Source of the DNA: an uncultured Acidobacteriota bacterium
GTDB lineage: Bacteria > Acidobacteriota > Thermoanaerobaculia > UBA5066 > Gp7-AA6
Reading direction: 5' to 3'
Assembly: GCA_963710945.1 (NCBI GenBank)
Contig: CAVQCH010000002.1
Location: 324,843 to 388,842, forward strand
DNA length: 64,000 nt
Shown one piece after another: positions 28,201-37,402 of this stretch. Below the pieces are notes generated by a model that saw only the letters and a list, made by a program, of their open reading frames with translations, ran no database searches and was not told the origin of the DNA. Both the position numbers and the translations under genes were made by a program. Position 1 is the first letter of the stretch; every line of letters starts with the position of its first letter.

Positions 28201-31168
28201 GGGCTGGTATCACTACGTTGCCCTTACCGATGCCTACCGCCGGCGTGACTATCGCGGCGCACTGGCCATTGCCCTCAAGGTCAACATGCCCGGCTACTAT
28301 TGGCCGCACGTGTTGCTGGCCGCCGTCTATGGGCAGCTCGGTGAACTGGAGCGCGCGCGCACGGCGCTGCGGGAGCTGCACGCGCTGCTGCCGACCTTCG
28401 GCGCGACGGCGCGAGAGGAATTCGGCAAGTGGCATGACGTCGAGCTCACCGAGCATCTGCTCGACGGGCTGCGCAAGGCGGGGCTGGAGATTCCGCCGGA
28501 GAACGAGACCGCAGCCCCGCCGCCCGTACTCGCTCTTTCTTCCGCGACCGACTCGGGTGCGGCCCGCGCCGACGAGGGATTCTGGGTCGCGGTGCTGCCC
28601 TTCAAGTACGGCGGCGCCGACGCTTCCCTCACGGCTCTGGCCGACGGGCTGACCGAAGAGATCGTGACCGGCCTCTCGCGCTTCTCCTACCTGAGGGTGA
28701 TCGCGCGCAGTTCGACCTCGCGGTTTGCGAACGAACCGGTAGATGTGCGCTCTGCCGGCAAGGAACTGGGCGCTCGCTACGTGATGGAAGGCACCCTGCG
28801 GCAGGCGGGGAGGAAGCTTCGCCTCGCCGTCCAGCTGGTGGATGCGGCTTCCGGCGCTCATCTCTGGGCCGAGAGCTATGAGCGGATCTATCGCCCGGAG
28901 GCGGTCTTCGAGTTACAGGACGACCTGGTTCCGCGGATCGTTTCGACGGTCGCCGACATGCACGGGGTTCTGCCCCGGACCATGAGCGAGGCTGTGCGCA
29001 GCCGCGCTCCCGAGCAGTTGAGCCCCTACGAAGCCGTGCTGCGCAGCTTCGGCTACTCGACGCGGGTCACGCCCGAAGAACTTGCCGCGGCGCGCTCCGG
29101 CCTGGAATTGGCGGTGCGGAAGGCGCCGGCCTATGCCGACGCCTGGGCGATGCTGGCCTGGCTGCGCATCCAGGACCATGCGCAAAGTTTCAATCTTCAG
29201 CCGGATTCCCTGGCGAGCGGGCTGACCGCGGCGCGGCGGGCGGTGGAGGCGGCGCCATCCAGTCACCTGGCCCATGGCATGCTCGCCCAGGCGCTCTTCT
29301 TCCACAAAGAATTCCAGAGCTTCCGCAATGCGGCGGAGCGGGCCGTGGCCCTCAACCCGATGAACGGCGACTCCATCGCTTTTCTCGGTGAGTTGCTGAC
29401 CTATGCGGGTGACCGGGAGCGCGGCCTCGAGCTGGCGGGGCGCGCCAAGCAGCTCAATCCCAACCACCCCGGATGGTACTGGTATACCGATTTCTACGAC
29501 GCGTACCGCCGGGGCGACGACCGTGGCGCGCTCGATGCCGCGCTCAAGGTAAACCTGCCGGGGCAGTGGTTTTGGCACGCGGCGGTGGCCGCGGCCTGCG
29601 GGCAGCTCGGGGACCGCGTCGCGGCCAACAGGGCCTCGAAGGCCCTGCTCGAGCGGCGACCGGACTTCGCCGCCACCGCGCGCAGCGATATCGAGAAATG
29701 GTGGGAGCCCGAGTACGTCGAGCGTCTCATCGACGGCTGGCGCAAGGCGGGTCTGGACGTTGCCGTGCTGGCGCAAGCCGATTCCGCGGCGAAGCCGGCC
29801 GCGGCGGTCGCGATCGCGGTGTTGCCCTTCTCGGACATGAGCCCCGCGAAGGACCAGGACTACCTCTGCGAGGGCATGGCCGAGGAAATCATGAACGCGC
29901 TCGTTCGCATCGACGGGATTCGGGTGGCGTCGCGGACCTCGGCCTTCCGCGCGCGGCAGGAGGGCGGCGACCTGCCCGCGATCGCCCGCGCCCTCTCCGT
30001 GAACCACGTCCTCGAAGGGAGCGTGCGAACGGCCGGCACGCGGCTGCGCGTCACGGCACAACTCACCGACGTCGCGAGCGGCTACCAGCTCTGGTCGGAG
30101 CGATTCGATCGCGATGCTGCCGACATCTTCGCCGTCCAGGACGAAATTGCGGCCGGCGTCGTCGAAGCCGTCAAGGCGCGACTCGCGCCGGGGGAGCGGA
30201 CGATTCACGCTCGTCCGCAAGCGCGCAACCTCGAGGCCTACCGCAGCTACTTGAAGGGGCGGCATCTTCGGTACGCGAAGGAGGACTATGGCGGGGCGAT
30301 CCGCGCGTTCGAGGAGGCCGTCCGCCTCGACCCCACGCACGCGCCTTCGTGGACCGGTCTGGCGGAAAGCAACGCGGCCGCGGCGAACATGGGAGCGATC
30401 CCCGCGCGCGAGGCCTGCGCGGCCGCGAGAAATGCCCTGGCAACCGCGGTCGCGCTGGAGGGAGAGTCCGCGGACAGCCTTCATGCCGAGGCCTTCGTGG
30501 CCCTGATCGAACGACGATGGGCGGCGATGGAGGCCACCTGGCGCCGGGCCATCGAGCTCCAACCCACTCACAGCCTGGCCCTGGGCTCGTTCGGGATCAG
30601 CCTCTGCATACGGCAGAAGGCCGACGAGGGATTGCGGTTCCTGGAGCGCGCCCGGGAGGCCGATCCGCTCGCGTCCTTTCCTCTGATGCTCACCGGATGG
30701 GCGATGCTGTGCATCGGAAGGCCGCAGGAGGCCCGGCGTTACGCGGAGGACGCGCTCTCTTTCGAGAAAGAGGACGCTTCGGCCTTGCTTTGCTCGATCA
30801 TGGCGAAGATCGCCCTCGGGCAATTCGAAGAAGGAATTGCGATCGCGGAGCACCTCGTCGCGGTGTCGCACCGCGGTGTCTCCCTCTTCCTCGCTCTCCT
30901 GGGATGGGCGCTCGCGACCGCGGGACGGAAGGACGAAGCCCGGAAACTTCTCCAGGAGCTGCGAGCCCTTCCGGCGCACCACTTCGTCTCGGAGGGCTGG
31001 CTGCATGGCGCGCTCGGCGAGATCGACGCGGCCTTCGAAGCGCTCGCGCGGGCGGAAGAGGCGTACCAGGCCACTCTCTACTACACGGGATTGCCCGGCT
31101 TCGATTCTCTCCGCGCAGATCCGCGATTCGGAGCGCTGCTCGAGAGGCTGGAGCTGGCGTCCGCTTGA
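25238..31168 (+). CDS. giant Ser/Thr protein kinase (about 2 kaa): N-terminal Hanks kinase domain plus four tandem sensor modules (TolB-N-like LPF alpha/beta domain + TPR-like helical domain). The true start is probably upstream (about 25172, non-canonical ATA/CTG) because the glycine loop begins before the first ATG
   Basis: Kinase motifs GAGGMGEVY, AVKVL, HRDLKPEN, DFG, GTAGYMSPE; module starts GFWIAVLPFKYGG (26075), GFRVAVLPFKYGG (27348), GFWVAVLPFKYGG (28578), AIAVLPFSDMSPAKDQDYLCEGMAEEIMNALVRI (about 29800). Confidence 0.85.
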   Translation: MGEVYRARDSKLKRDVAVKVLPQSLAADPDALARFEREALAVAALSHPNILSIFDFGTHEGTAYAVMELLDGETLRGKIDTGPILQKQAVDYALQIAKGLSAAHEKGIVHRDLKPENLFVSRDGHLKILDFGLAKRVEAVAPGEETSAPTGSGHTEPGTVMGTAGYMSPEQVKGFAVDHRSDIFSFGTILYELLSGRKAFKRDSSAETMAAILRDDPPELSESGRNISPALDRVVKHCLEKDREHRFQSARDIVFNLSEQLTPAPTGGPRETAPPIGSKGFWIAVLPFKYGGANADLAALADGLSDEIVTGLSRFRYLSVVASASAARLKGVAGDERSLGAQLGARYVLEGSIREGGSAIRVSARLVDAQTGAQLWSETFERDLRTSGIFAAQDDVAARIVATVADSYGVLVHSISAAARQKDDADLTPLEWQFQYFAYREQITPSAYAELKSRLERAVERDGRQSDLWACLAQIFVDEYAFGFGTDPAALDRALAAARRAVELDRANQFALVALAQTHFFRQDLAAFGPAAERAMALNPLNTDAVGILGLQIVHTGDFERGAAIVRRAMELNANHAGWMHFAPLWEHFHKGEYEQALECANRVDVPGLFWPYLVVASACGHLGRRAEAAAAVRDLLSLDPEFAAHARSNIGSWHFASGLMGPILDGLRKAGLDLAPEQEPAAAARRRAPASAAHSGAARADEGFRVAVLPFKYGGTDAAVTTLAEGLAEGIVTGLSRFSYLRVISRTSGDKNLGARYVMEGSLRQAGTKLRLAVQLVDTTSGANLWAEDYERPFAPDAAFELQDDLVPRIVSTVADQYGALVHSMSESLRGRSATEYSAHEAVLRAFGYWERVTLEEHAEVREILEAAVARAPGHSDCLAELSLIYGHEYVFGYNLRPDPLGRARAAAQRAVASAPTSHFAHCALACGLFFLRDFQAFRTAADRTLALNGMDSSTAALLGTMIAYAGDWEYGLGVVERAKQLNPHHPGWYHYVALTDAYRRRDYRGALAIALKVNMPGYYWPHVLLAAVYGQLGELERARTALRELHALLPTFGATAREEFGKWHDVELTEHLLDGLRKAGLEIPPENETAAPPPVLALSSATDSGAARADEGFWVAVLPFKYGGADASLTALADGLTEEIVTGLSRFSYLRVIARSSTSRFANEPVDVRSAGKELGARYVMEGTLRQAGRKLRLAVQLVDAASGAHLWAESYERIYRPEAVFELQDDLVPRIVSTVADMHGVLPRTMSEAVRSRAPEQLSPYEAVLRSFGYSTRVTPEELAAARSGLELAVRKAPAYADAWAMLAWLRIQDHAQSFNLQPDSLASGLTAARRAVEAAPSSHLAHGMLAQALFFHKEFQSFRNAAERAVALNPMNGDSIAFLGELLTYAGDRERGLELAGRAKQLNPNHPGWYWYTDFYDAYRRGDDRGALDAALKVNLPGQWFWHAAVAAACGQLGDRVAANRASKALLERRPDFAATARSDIEKWWEPEYVERLIDGWRKAGLDVAVLAQADSAAKPAAAVAIAVLPFSDMSPAKDQDYLCEGMAEEIMNALVRIDGIRVASRTSAFRARQEGGDLPAIARALSVNHVLEGSVRTAGTRLRVTAQLTDVASGYQLWSERFDRDAADIFAVQDEIAAGVVEAVKARLAPGERTIHARPQARNLEAYRSYLKGRHLRYAKEDYGGAIRAFEEAVRLDPTHAPSWTGLAESNAAAANMGAIPAREACAAARNALATAVALEGESADSLHAEAFVALIERRWAAMEATWRRAIELQPTHSLALGSFGISLCIRQKADEGLRFLERAREADPLASFPLMLTGWAMLCIGRPQEARRYAEDALSFEKEDASALLCSIMAKIALGQFEEGIAIAEHLVAVSHRGVSLFLALLGWALATAGRKDEARKLLQELRALPAHHFVSEGWLHGALGEIDAAFEALARAEEAYQATLYYTGLPGFDSLRADPRFGALLERLELASA

Positions 31169-31180
31169 GAACCGAGGCCT

Positions 31181-31522
31181 CTAGTACTCCCCGTAATGGC
31201 CCTTCACGGATTCGAGCAGCTTCTTCGGGTCGTAGCCGACGCCGTCCTTGAAGACGAATTCGACGTTCTCGATGTCCGCGATGCGGGCAGCCGGGTCGCC
31301 CTTCATCACCACGAGGTCGGCGTTCTTCCCGACCGAAATCGAGCCGATCTGATCCTGCCGGCCGAGAAAGATCGCGCCGTTCAGGGTTGCGATCCGAATG
31401 GCCTTCACCGGAGCGAACCCGGCCTCGACGAGCAGCTCGATCTCGCGCTGGTCGCCGAAGCTCGGGACGTTGCCGTTCAAACCGAGACCCGAGCCGAGCA
31501 GGTGCTGCTGGAGTGGGCGTGA
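31181..31522 (-). pseudogene. C-terminal remnant of an amidohydrolase-family metal-dependent hydrolase (N-terminal about 1 kb missing)
   Basis: ...HLLGSGLGLNGNVP...EIELLVEAGFAPVKAIRIATLNGAIFLGRQDQIGSISVGKNADLVVMKGDPAARIADIENVEFVFKDG is the conserved C-terminal barrel-closing segment only; upstream sequence is replaced by the ygbA-like gene. Confidence 0.6.
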
Positions 31523-31574
31523 GCGGGTCCGTCTGACGTACCCCCACGGGACCTCTTCGGGCGCCGGGCGAAAA

Positions 31575-31976
31575 ATGTATCCTGCCGCCGTGATCTCGAA
31601 GGGGAGCGAGCGGACTCGTTTCTTCGAAGAGGCTCGCCTGGACCGCGAGCGCCGGACCGTGGCCGCGATGATCGGCCTCTACTGCCGCGCGAAGCATGCA
31701 TCCGAGGCCTCGCTCTGCCCGGAGTGCACGGACCTCGAGACGTACACGCGCCTGCGCCTGGAGAAGTGTCCCTACGGCGAGGCGAAGCCGACCTGCGCGA
31801 ATTGCCCGATTCATTGCTACCAGCCGCACCGCCGCGAGCAGGTCCGGCGCGTCATGGCGTTCTCGGGCCCGAGGATGCTCTGGCGCCACCCTGTGCTCGC
31901 CGTCCGTCACATGCTGGACGGCTCCCGAAAGGCACCACCGCTCGCCCGCCGACGGGCCGCGCGCACGGAGAAGTGA
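31575..31976 (+). CDS. nitrous-oxide-stimulated promoter (YgbA-like) family Cys-rich protein
   Basis: ...LYCRAKHASEASLCPECTDLETYTRLRLEKCPYGEAKPTCANCPIHCYQPHRREQVRRVMAFSGPRM... Confidence 0.65.
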   Translation: MYPAAVISKGSERTRFFEEARLDRERRTVAAMIGLYCRAKHASEASLCPECTDLETYTRLRLEKCPYGEAKPTCANCPIHCYQPHRREQVRRVMAFSGPRMLWRHPVLAVRHMLDGSRKAPPLARRRAARTEK

Positions 31977-32311
31977 GCTTCTTCTCGCTCCTCGCTCCGG
32001 CAGTATCGGCCCTTCTTCTCGCTGCCCACTTCCTGCGCGGCGGGCAGGCGGCAGGCGTCGCGGTCTCGCTCGCGATTCTCGCCGCTCTGGCGATACCGCG
32101 CCGTTGGGCCGCGCGCGCCGCACAGGCCGCGCTTCTCGCCGGAGCCGCGGAGTGGATCAGGACGCTCGTCGTGCTCGTCGCGGCAAGGCGCGAGGCGCAC
32201 GCTCCGTACGGCCGCCTCGCGGTGATCCTGGCGGCGGTGGCGGCGGGAACGCTCGCCTCTGCCCTGGTTTTTGAGTCGCGGCGACTGCGTGACCGCTATC
32301 GGAAGCGTTGA
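31973..32311 (+). CDS. small hypothetical membrane protein (3 TM)
   Basis: GTGA overlap with the ygbA-like stop; hydrophobic helices LLAPAVSALLLAAHFL..., VAVSLAILAALAI..., LAVILAAVAAGTLASALVF. Confidence 0.4.
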   Translation: MSFFSLLAPAVSALLLAAHFLRGGQAAGVAVSLAILAALAIPRRWAARAAQAALLAGAAEWIRTLVVLVAARREAHAPYGRLAVILAAVAAGTLASALVFESRRLRDRYRKR

Positions 32312-32379
32312 CGAATTCCGCCTGATCGCGAAAAAAGAACGCGATCGATTGCTAAGCTAAGAGCCCACGGGGGGACCCT

Positions 32380-33147
32380 ATGCCACGATTGGTGTCACGT
32401 GCCGCTCTCTTGCTTGCGCTGGCCGCAACCTTCGCCCGCGCGCAGGCCCATGAACCGAACCCAGCCGAAAAGCACGAATGGGATTATGGCAAGGACCGTG
32501 GTCCACAGCATTGGGGCGACCTGAAGCCGGAGTTCGCACCCTGCAAACAAGGCCACCGCCAATCGCCGATCAACATCCAGAAGGCGGAGAAGACCGACCT
32601 GCCGGCCATCCAGTTCGACTACAAGCCATCGCCGCTGCGGATCATCGACAACGGCCACACAATCATGGTCACCTACGAGGCAGGGAGCTCCATCCGGGTG
32701 GGCGACGCGCAGTATCAGTTGAAGCAGTTCCACTTTCATCGGCCGAGCGAGGAGAGGATCCACGGCAAGACCTACGACATGGTCGTTCACCTGGTGCACG
32801 CGGATGAGGCCGGCCACCTCGCAGTCGTCGCCATCCTCCTGGAGCACGGCAAGGAGAACCCGCTCGTCCGCGAGCTTTGGAGAGACATCCCGAGGGAGAA
32901 AGAGAAGGAAGCGATTCTCGAATCCGTGCGGATCAACGCAGCCGATCTGCTTCCCGGCGACCGTGGCTACTACACCTTCGATGGGTCGTTCACGACTCCG
33001 CCCTGCACCGAAAACGTGACCTGGTTCGTCCTCAAGCAGCCGGTCCAGATCTCGGCCGACGAGCTTGCACAGTTCTCGAAGCTGTACCGCCGCGACGCGA
33101 GGCCGACGCAGCCGTTGTACGGCAGGGTCGTACGGGAGACGAGGTAA
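32380..33147 (+). CDS. cah: alpha-class carbonic anhydrase, periplasmic
   Basis: Signal peptide; ...QSPINI..., zinc His triad in QFHFHRPSEERIHGKTYDMVVHLVH, ...TTPPCTE... motif. Confidence 0.85.
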   Translation: MPRLVSRAALLLALAATFARAQAHEPNPAEKHEWDYGKDRGPQHWGDLKPEFAPCKQGHRQSPINIQKAEKTDLPAIQFDYKPSPLRIIDNGHTIMVTYEAGSSIRVGDAQYQLKQFHFHRPSEERIHGKTYDMVVHLVHADEAGHLAVVAILLEHGKENPLVRELWRDIPREKEKEAILESVRINAADLLPGDRGYYTFDGSFTTPPCTENVTWFVLKQPVQISADELAQFSKLYRRDARPTQPLYGRVVRETR

Positions 33148-33250
33148 CGAGACGCCCTGGGTCCGCCACGGTCGGGCCGCCACATCAAACGGCGCTGCCA
33201 GGACACCTTGGCCTCGAGGTCTCGTATCTGCTGCGGGTGGGCTATTGGGA

Positions 33251-34150
33251 GTGAGGGTGAGGGGAAGGCTTCGTCAGTTCGCGGCACTCTTCCTGGCGCC
33301 GCCTCTCTTTGTTGCGGTTGCCAGTGCAGCGACGGGCGGTCCGGGCCCGAAGGCCCCGGTCGCGGAAGGCCTGGCCTCCCCGGCCGTTCCGGCGATCGTC
33401 GCGGGCCAGGTCGAGGAATACCGGATCTCGAGCAAGCTCTATCGGCGCGAGCGCCGGGTCTGGGTCTATACGCCACCCGGCTATTCCGCAAACTCCGACG
33501 CGATCTGCGACCTTCTCATCGCGTTCGACGGTGGGGAATACCTCGAGGAGATCCCGCTACCCCAGATCCTCGACACGCTGCTCGCCAGGCGCGAGGCGGG
33601 GCCGTTTGTCGCCATCCTCATCGACAACGCTTCGTCGGCGGAGCGGCTCGCGGATCTGGCCAATCGCGCTCGGTTTGCGGATTTCCTCGCCGACGAAGTC
33701 CTGGCATGGGTGCGGCAGCGCTGGGCGGTGACGCGGGATCCTCATCGGACGATCGTGACCGGCTCGAGCGCCGGAGGCCTCGCCGCGGCGTACGTCGCAT
33801 TCCATCGGCCGGATCTCTTCGGGAACGTCCTGTCGCAGAGCGGTGCGTTCTGGCGCGGGAACGAAGGCTCGAACGGCGCTCCGTACGAGTGGCTCGCGAG
33901 CCAGTTCGCAGCGTCGCCGAAGCGGGACATCCGCTTCGTGCTCGAAGTCGGCTCGCTCGAATCGGCGGGCGCGCTGGGCGGTTCGGCGCCTTCGATTCTC
34001 TCGGCGAACCGACGACTGCGCGACGTGCTGCAGGCGAAGGGATATCCGCTGACGTACGCGGAGGTTCCCGACGGGGGCCACGCGCCCGAGTTCTGGCGGA
34101 AGCGGCTTCCCGACGCGATCGTGACACTCGCGCGGCCGGCCGCGAAGTGA
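33251..34150 (+). CDS. alpha/beta-hydrolase esterase (enterochelin-esterase-like putative esterase family)
   Basis: Signal peptide; GxSxG nucleophile elbow in TIVTGSSAGGLAAAYVAFHRPDLFGNVLSQSGAFW. Confidence 0.7.
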   Translation: MRVRGRLRQFAALFLAPPLFVAVASAATGGPGPKAPVAEGLASPAVPAIVAGQVEEYRISSKLYRRERRVWVYTPPGYSANSDAICDLLIAFDGGEYLEEIPLPQILDTLLARREAGPFVAILIDNASSAERLADLANRARFADFLADEVLAWVRQRWAVTRDPHRTIVTGSSAGGLAAAYVAFHRPDLFGNVLSQSGAFWRGNEGSNGAPYEWLASQFAASPKRDIRFVLEVGSLESAGALGGSAPSILSANRRLRDVLQAKGYPLTYAEVPDGGHAPEFWRKRLPDAIVTLARPAAK

Positions 34151-34327
34151 CGGCCGGACAGGAGTCGCAGAAAGAGACCGTTGCCCCTGCGGCATAGAAT
34201 CACGGCCGCAGTCATTCGATGCCACCTTCAGCCGGTACGCGTCTCGGCCCCTACGCGCGACGCAGTCGCCTCTCGGCGCGGGGGAGATGGATGAGGTCTA
34301 CAAAGGCGAAGAAGTGATGGGGGACCT

Positions 34328-35388
34328 ATGAAGCGATTCATCCGGGCGGTCCTCGCAGTTGCGCTCGTGTCGACCGGAGCTGCAGGTGCGGCGGATCCTG
34401 CGGTGTTCCTCGTCGGCACGGCCTCCGCCGCGCCCGGCCAGAAAGCCTACGGCGCGATCGAGGTGCCGACGGGCGTGGATGCCGGGACGCGCATCGCCGT
34501 CGCCGTAGTACACGGAGCAAAGCCGGGGCCGGTCCTGGCGGTGGTCTCCGGCGCGCACGGTACGGAGTACGCCTCCATCGTGGCGGTCTCGAAGCTCATC
34601 CAGACGCTGGATCCCGGGGAGATCTCTGGCACGGTCATCCTCGTGCCGCTCGTCAACGTCGCCTCCTTCGAGCAGAAGGTGCCGCACGTGAATCCCGTGG
34701 ACGGCAAGAGCATGAACCGCTTTTACCCCGGCAAGGCCGACGGCACGCAGACGGAGCGGGCGTCATTCCTGATCACGCGCGAAGTGGTGGAACAGTGCGA
34801 TTATTGATCGACTTGCACGGCGGCGATCTCGACGAGGATCTGCGCCCGTACAGCTACTGGACGAAGACCGGCAACGTAAAGCAGGACACGGTTTCGCGCG
34901 GACATGGTGCTCGCCTTTGGCCTCGACCACATCATCGTATCGAGGGACCGGCCAAAGGATCCGGCCGCCTCCCGCTATCTCGAGACCACCGCGACCACGC
35001 GCGGCAAGGCCGTCGATCACCGTCGAGGCCGGACACGCCGGCACCGTCGAGACGGATGACGTCGCCGCGCTCGTCAACGGGTGCCTTTCCGTGATGTCGT
35101 ATCTCAGAATGCTCCCGGGCGCTCCGTCGCCCGTCGAGAATCCCGTCTGGATCGAGGCCGTGAAACGGCGACGAGCGAGGAGGCGGGCCTCTTTTATCCG
35201 TGCGTCCGGCGCGGGACCTATGTCGAAAAGGGCGGAAGCTCGGTTACGTCACAGACGTCTTCGGCCGCACGGTCTTCGAAGCCCGATCGCCCGCGGCCGG
35301 TGTCGTTCTCTACATTTGCGCGGTGCCATCCATGAAGAAGGGTGACACCATCGCCAACATCGGCGTCGTCGCCTCGTCTCCGCCATGA
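34328..35388 (+). pseudogene. succinylglutamate desuccinylase/aspartoacylase (AstE/AspA, M14-like) family gene broken by four or more frameshifts
   Basis: Intact N-terminus (MKRFIRAVLAVALVSTGAAG...VVSGAHGTEYASIVAV...), then LIDLHGGDLDEDLRPYSYW, ...ITVEAGHAGTVETDDVAALVNGCLSVMSYLRML..., ...GRKLGYVTDVFGRTVFEARSPAAGVVLYICAVPSMKKGDTIANIGVV lie in successive different frames. Confidence 0.6.
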
Positions 35389-35440
35389 GTCTGCGCCCTT
35401 GGCGGAGGGAGTAGGCTTCCCACCGCGAGGTGACTGTTCA

Positions 35441-35662
35441 ATGGCGGTCGACGAGGAAGAAACCCACCCTGATCGACGTGCGCTTCGGAGCCCCTGCCCG
35501 ACGCACGGGATGCAGCACGGCTTCTACACGGCCGACGACGACGGCAAGCGCGTCGAACTTCTCTGCGCGCAGAAGGGTTGCGAGTTCCGCGAGATCTACG
35601 AAGTGCGCTGGCCGCAGGCGTTCAGGGCCAGGCCCGAGGCGCAAGCGGACGGGCAACCGTAA
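35441..35662 (+). CDS. small hypothetical protein (73 aa)
   Basis: ORF with ATG; several Cys/His (CPTHG...C...C); weak support. Confidence 0.25.
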   Translation: MAVDEEETHPDRRALRSPCPTHGMQHGFYTADDDGKRVELLCAQKGCEFREIYEVRWPQAFRARPEAQADGQP

Positions 35663-35855
35663 TCTGAGCGGCTGTTGCCACGGCAGCGGCGCGGTGAACA
35701 AGCAGACCGCGCAGGTCACGGCGCTAGTACGCCTACCTGTGGATGATATTGCGCTGATTTTTTTGTATCCTTCGGGGTGAAAGCTGCGGTCCGGTCCGGG
35801 TCGCTGTCGGGCAATTCATTTTCGGCTGCGAGGCCCTCAAGAAAGGCAGGAGCTT

Positions 35856-37322
35856 GTGCTGATGTCGGTGCGTCGATGGACTTACGTTTCGTTCGCGGTG
35901 CTCGCCGCCGCCTTCACAGCCTGCGGCCCGAAGGCCGAGGAGAAGGTGGCCGAGGTCGCCAAGGCACCCGAAGCCCTGGTGAAAGAGAAGGAAGCCCAGG
36001 AAAACGGCATCGAGGCGTACATCTACGCCTACCCGCTGGTGACCATGGAGATGACGCGGCGGGTCTCGACGAACGTCGCCAGCCCGGAAGGCAGCAAGGC
36101 GCCGATGGGGCAGTGGGCGAAGCTGCGCGGATATCCCGCCGTCGACGACCACTCCGTGACGGCGCCCAACGCGGACACGCTGTACACCATCGTGTGGCTC
36201 GACGTCACCAAGGAGCCCTGGGTCGTGAGCGCTCCGGACATGAAGGGGCGGTTCTTTCTCCTGCCGATCCTCGACGGTTGGACGAACGTGTTCGCGGACC
36301 CCGGCAAGCGCACGACCGGCACGGCCGCGCAGAAGTTCGCGATCACCGGACCGGGTTGGACCGGCACGCTTCCGGCGGGAGTCACCGAATACAAGTCGGC
36401 GACCGGCATGGTGTGGCTGCTCGGCCGGATCTACTGCACGGGGACGCCCGAGGACTACAAGGCGGTCCACGCCCTCCAGGACCAGATGACGGCCGTGCCG
36501 CTGTCCTCCTACGGCAAGACCTACACGCCGGCCGCGGGCACCGTGGACCCCGCGGTGGACATGAAGACGTCGACCCGCGACCAGGTCGGCGCCATGGACG
36601 CGAAGGCGTACTTCACGCTCTTCGCCCAGCTGTTGAAGACGAACCCGCCCACGGCCGAGGACGCGCCGATGGTGGCGACCCTCGCGAAGATCGGCATCGT
36701 CCCGGGCCAGGACTTCGATGCGTCGAAGCTCGACCCGGCGGTCGCCAAGGGGCTGGCGGAAGTCCCGAAGAAGGCGAACGAAAAGATCATGGCCTGGATG
36801 AAGGAAGGGATCGTCGCCGGCGACATGAAGCTCGATAACGGCTGGCTCTTCACCACCAAGACGGGACTCTACGGCACGGCCTACCGCCAGCGCGCGCTGA
36901 TCACGGCGATCGGCCTCGGCGCCAACCGCCCGCAGGACGCGGTGTATCCGACCTCCGAGGGGCCCGACGCCCTCAAGTCCTACGACGGCACCAAGAAGTA
37001 CGTCATGCACTTCAACAAGGGCGAGCTTCCGCCCGTCGACGGCTTCTGGTCGCTGACGATGTACGACGCCAACTACTTCTTCGTGCCCAACGCGCTCAAT
37101 CGCTACACCGTGAGCCAGCGCAACAAGCTCGCGACCAACGCGGACGGCTCGGTCGACCTGTACATCCAGAACGAGTCGCCGGGCAAGGCCAGGGAGCAGA
37201 ACTGGCTGCCGGCGCCCAAGGACAAGTTCATCCTGATGATGCGTCTCTACTGGCCGAAGGAGAAGCCGCCTTCACTGCTCGACGGGACCTGGAAGGTTCC
37301 CGGCGTCAAGGAAGCCAGCTAG
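35856..37322 (+). CDS. DUF1254/DUF1214 domain lipoprotein
   Basis: Lipobox AVLAAAFTACG; characteristic segments ...YIYAYPLVTMEMTRR... (DUF1254) and ...FWSLTMYDANYFFVPNALNRYTVS...LYWPK (DUF1214). Confidence 0.75.
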   Translation: MLMSVRRWTYVSFAVLAAAFTACGPKAEEKVAEVAKAPEALVKEKEAQENGIEAYIYAYPLVTMEMTRRVSTNVASPEGSKAPMGQWAKLRGYPAVDDHSVTAPNADTLYTIVWLDVTKEPWVVSAPDMKGRFFLLPILDGWTNVFADPGKRTTGTAAQKFAITGPGWTGTLPAGVTEYKSATGMVWLLGRIYCTGTPEDYKAVHALQDQMTAVPLSSYGKTYTPAAGTVDPAVDMKTSTRDQVGAMDAKAYFTLFAQLLKTNPPTAEDAPMVATLAKIGIVPGQDFDASKLDPAVAKGLAEVPKKANEKIMAWMKEGIVAGDMKLDNGWLFTTKTGLYGTAYRQRALITAIGLGANRPQDAVYPTSEGPDALKSYDGTKKYVMHFNKGELPPVDGFWSLTMYDANYFFVPNALNRYTVSQRNKLATNADGSVDLYIQNESPGKAREQNWLPAPKDKFILMMRLYWPKEKPPSLLDGTWKVPGVKEAS

Positions 37323-37351
37323 GCGCCGTCGCAGGACACGGCCTCGATCGA

Positions 37352-37384
37352 CCGCCAGCACGGCTCGTGCTGGCGGTTTTTTTT
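37352..37384 (+). terminator. Rho-independent terminator after the DUF1254/1214 gene
   Basis: ccgccagcacg-gct-cgtgctggcgg stem-loop followed by TTTTTTTT. Confidence 0.8.
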
Positions 37385-37402
37385 GCTGGCGGAAAACGAG
37401 GT

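Noticed and set aside
24794-31251. Long ORFs inside the kinase gene on either strand (24794-27322 -, 27446-28861 -, 28913-31006 -, 29473-31251 +)
   Set aside because: All lie within the intact 1976-aa kinase frame and show antisense-type low-complexity composition.
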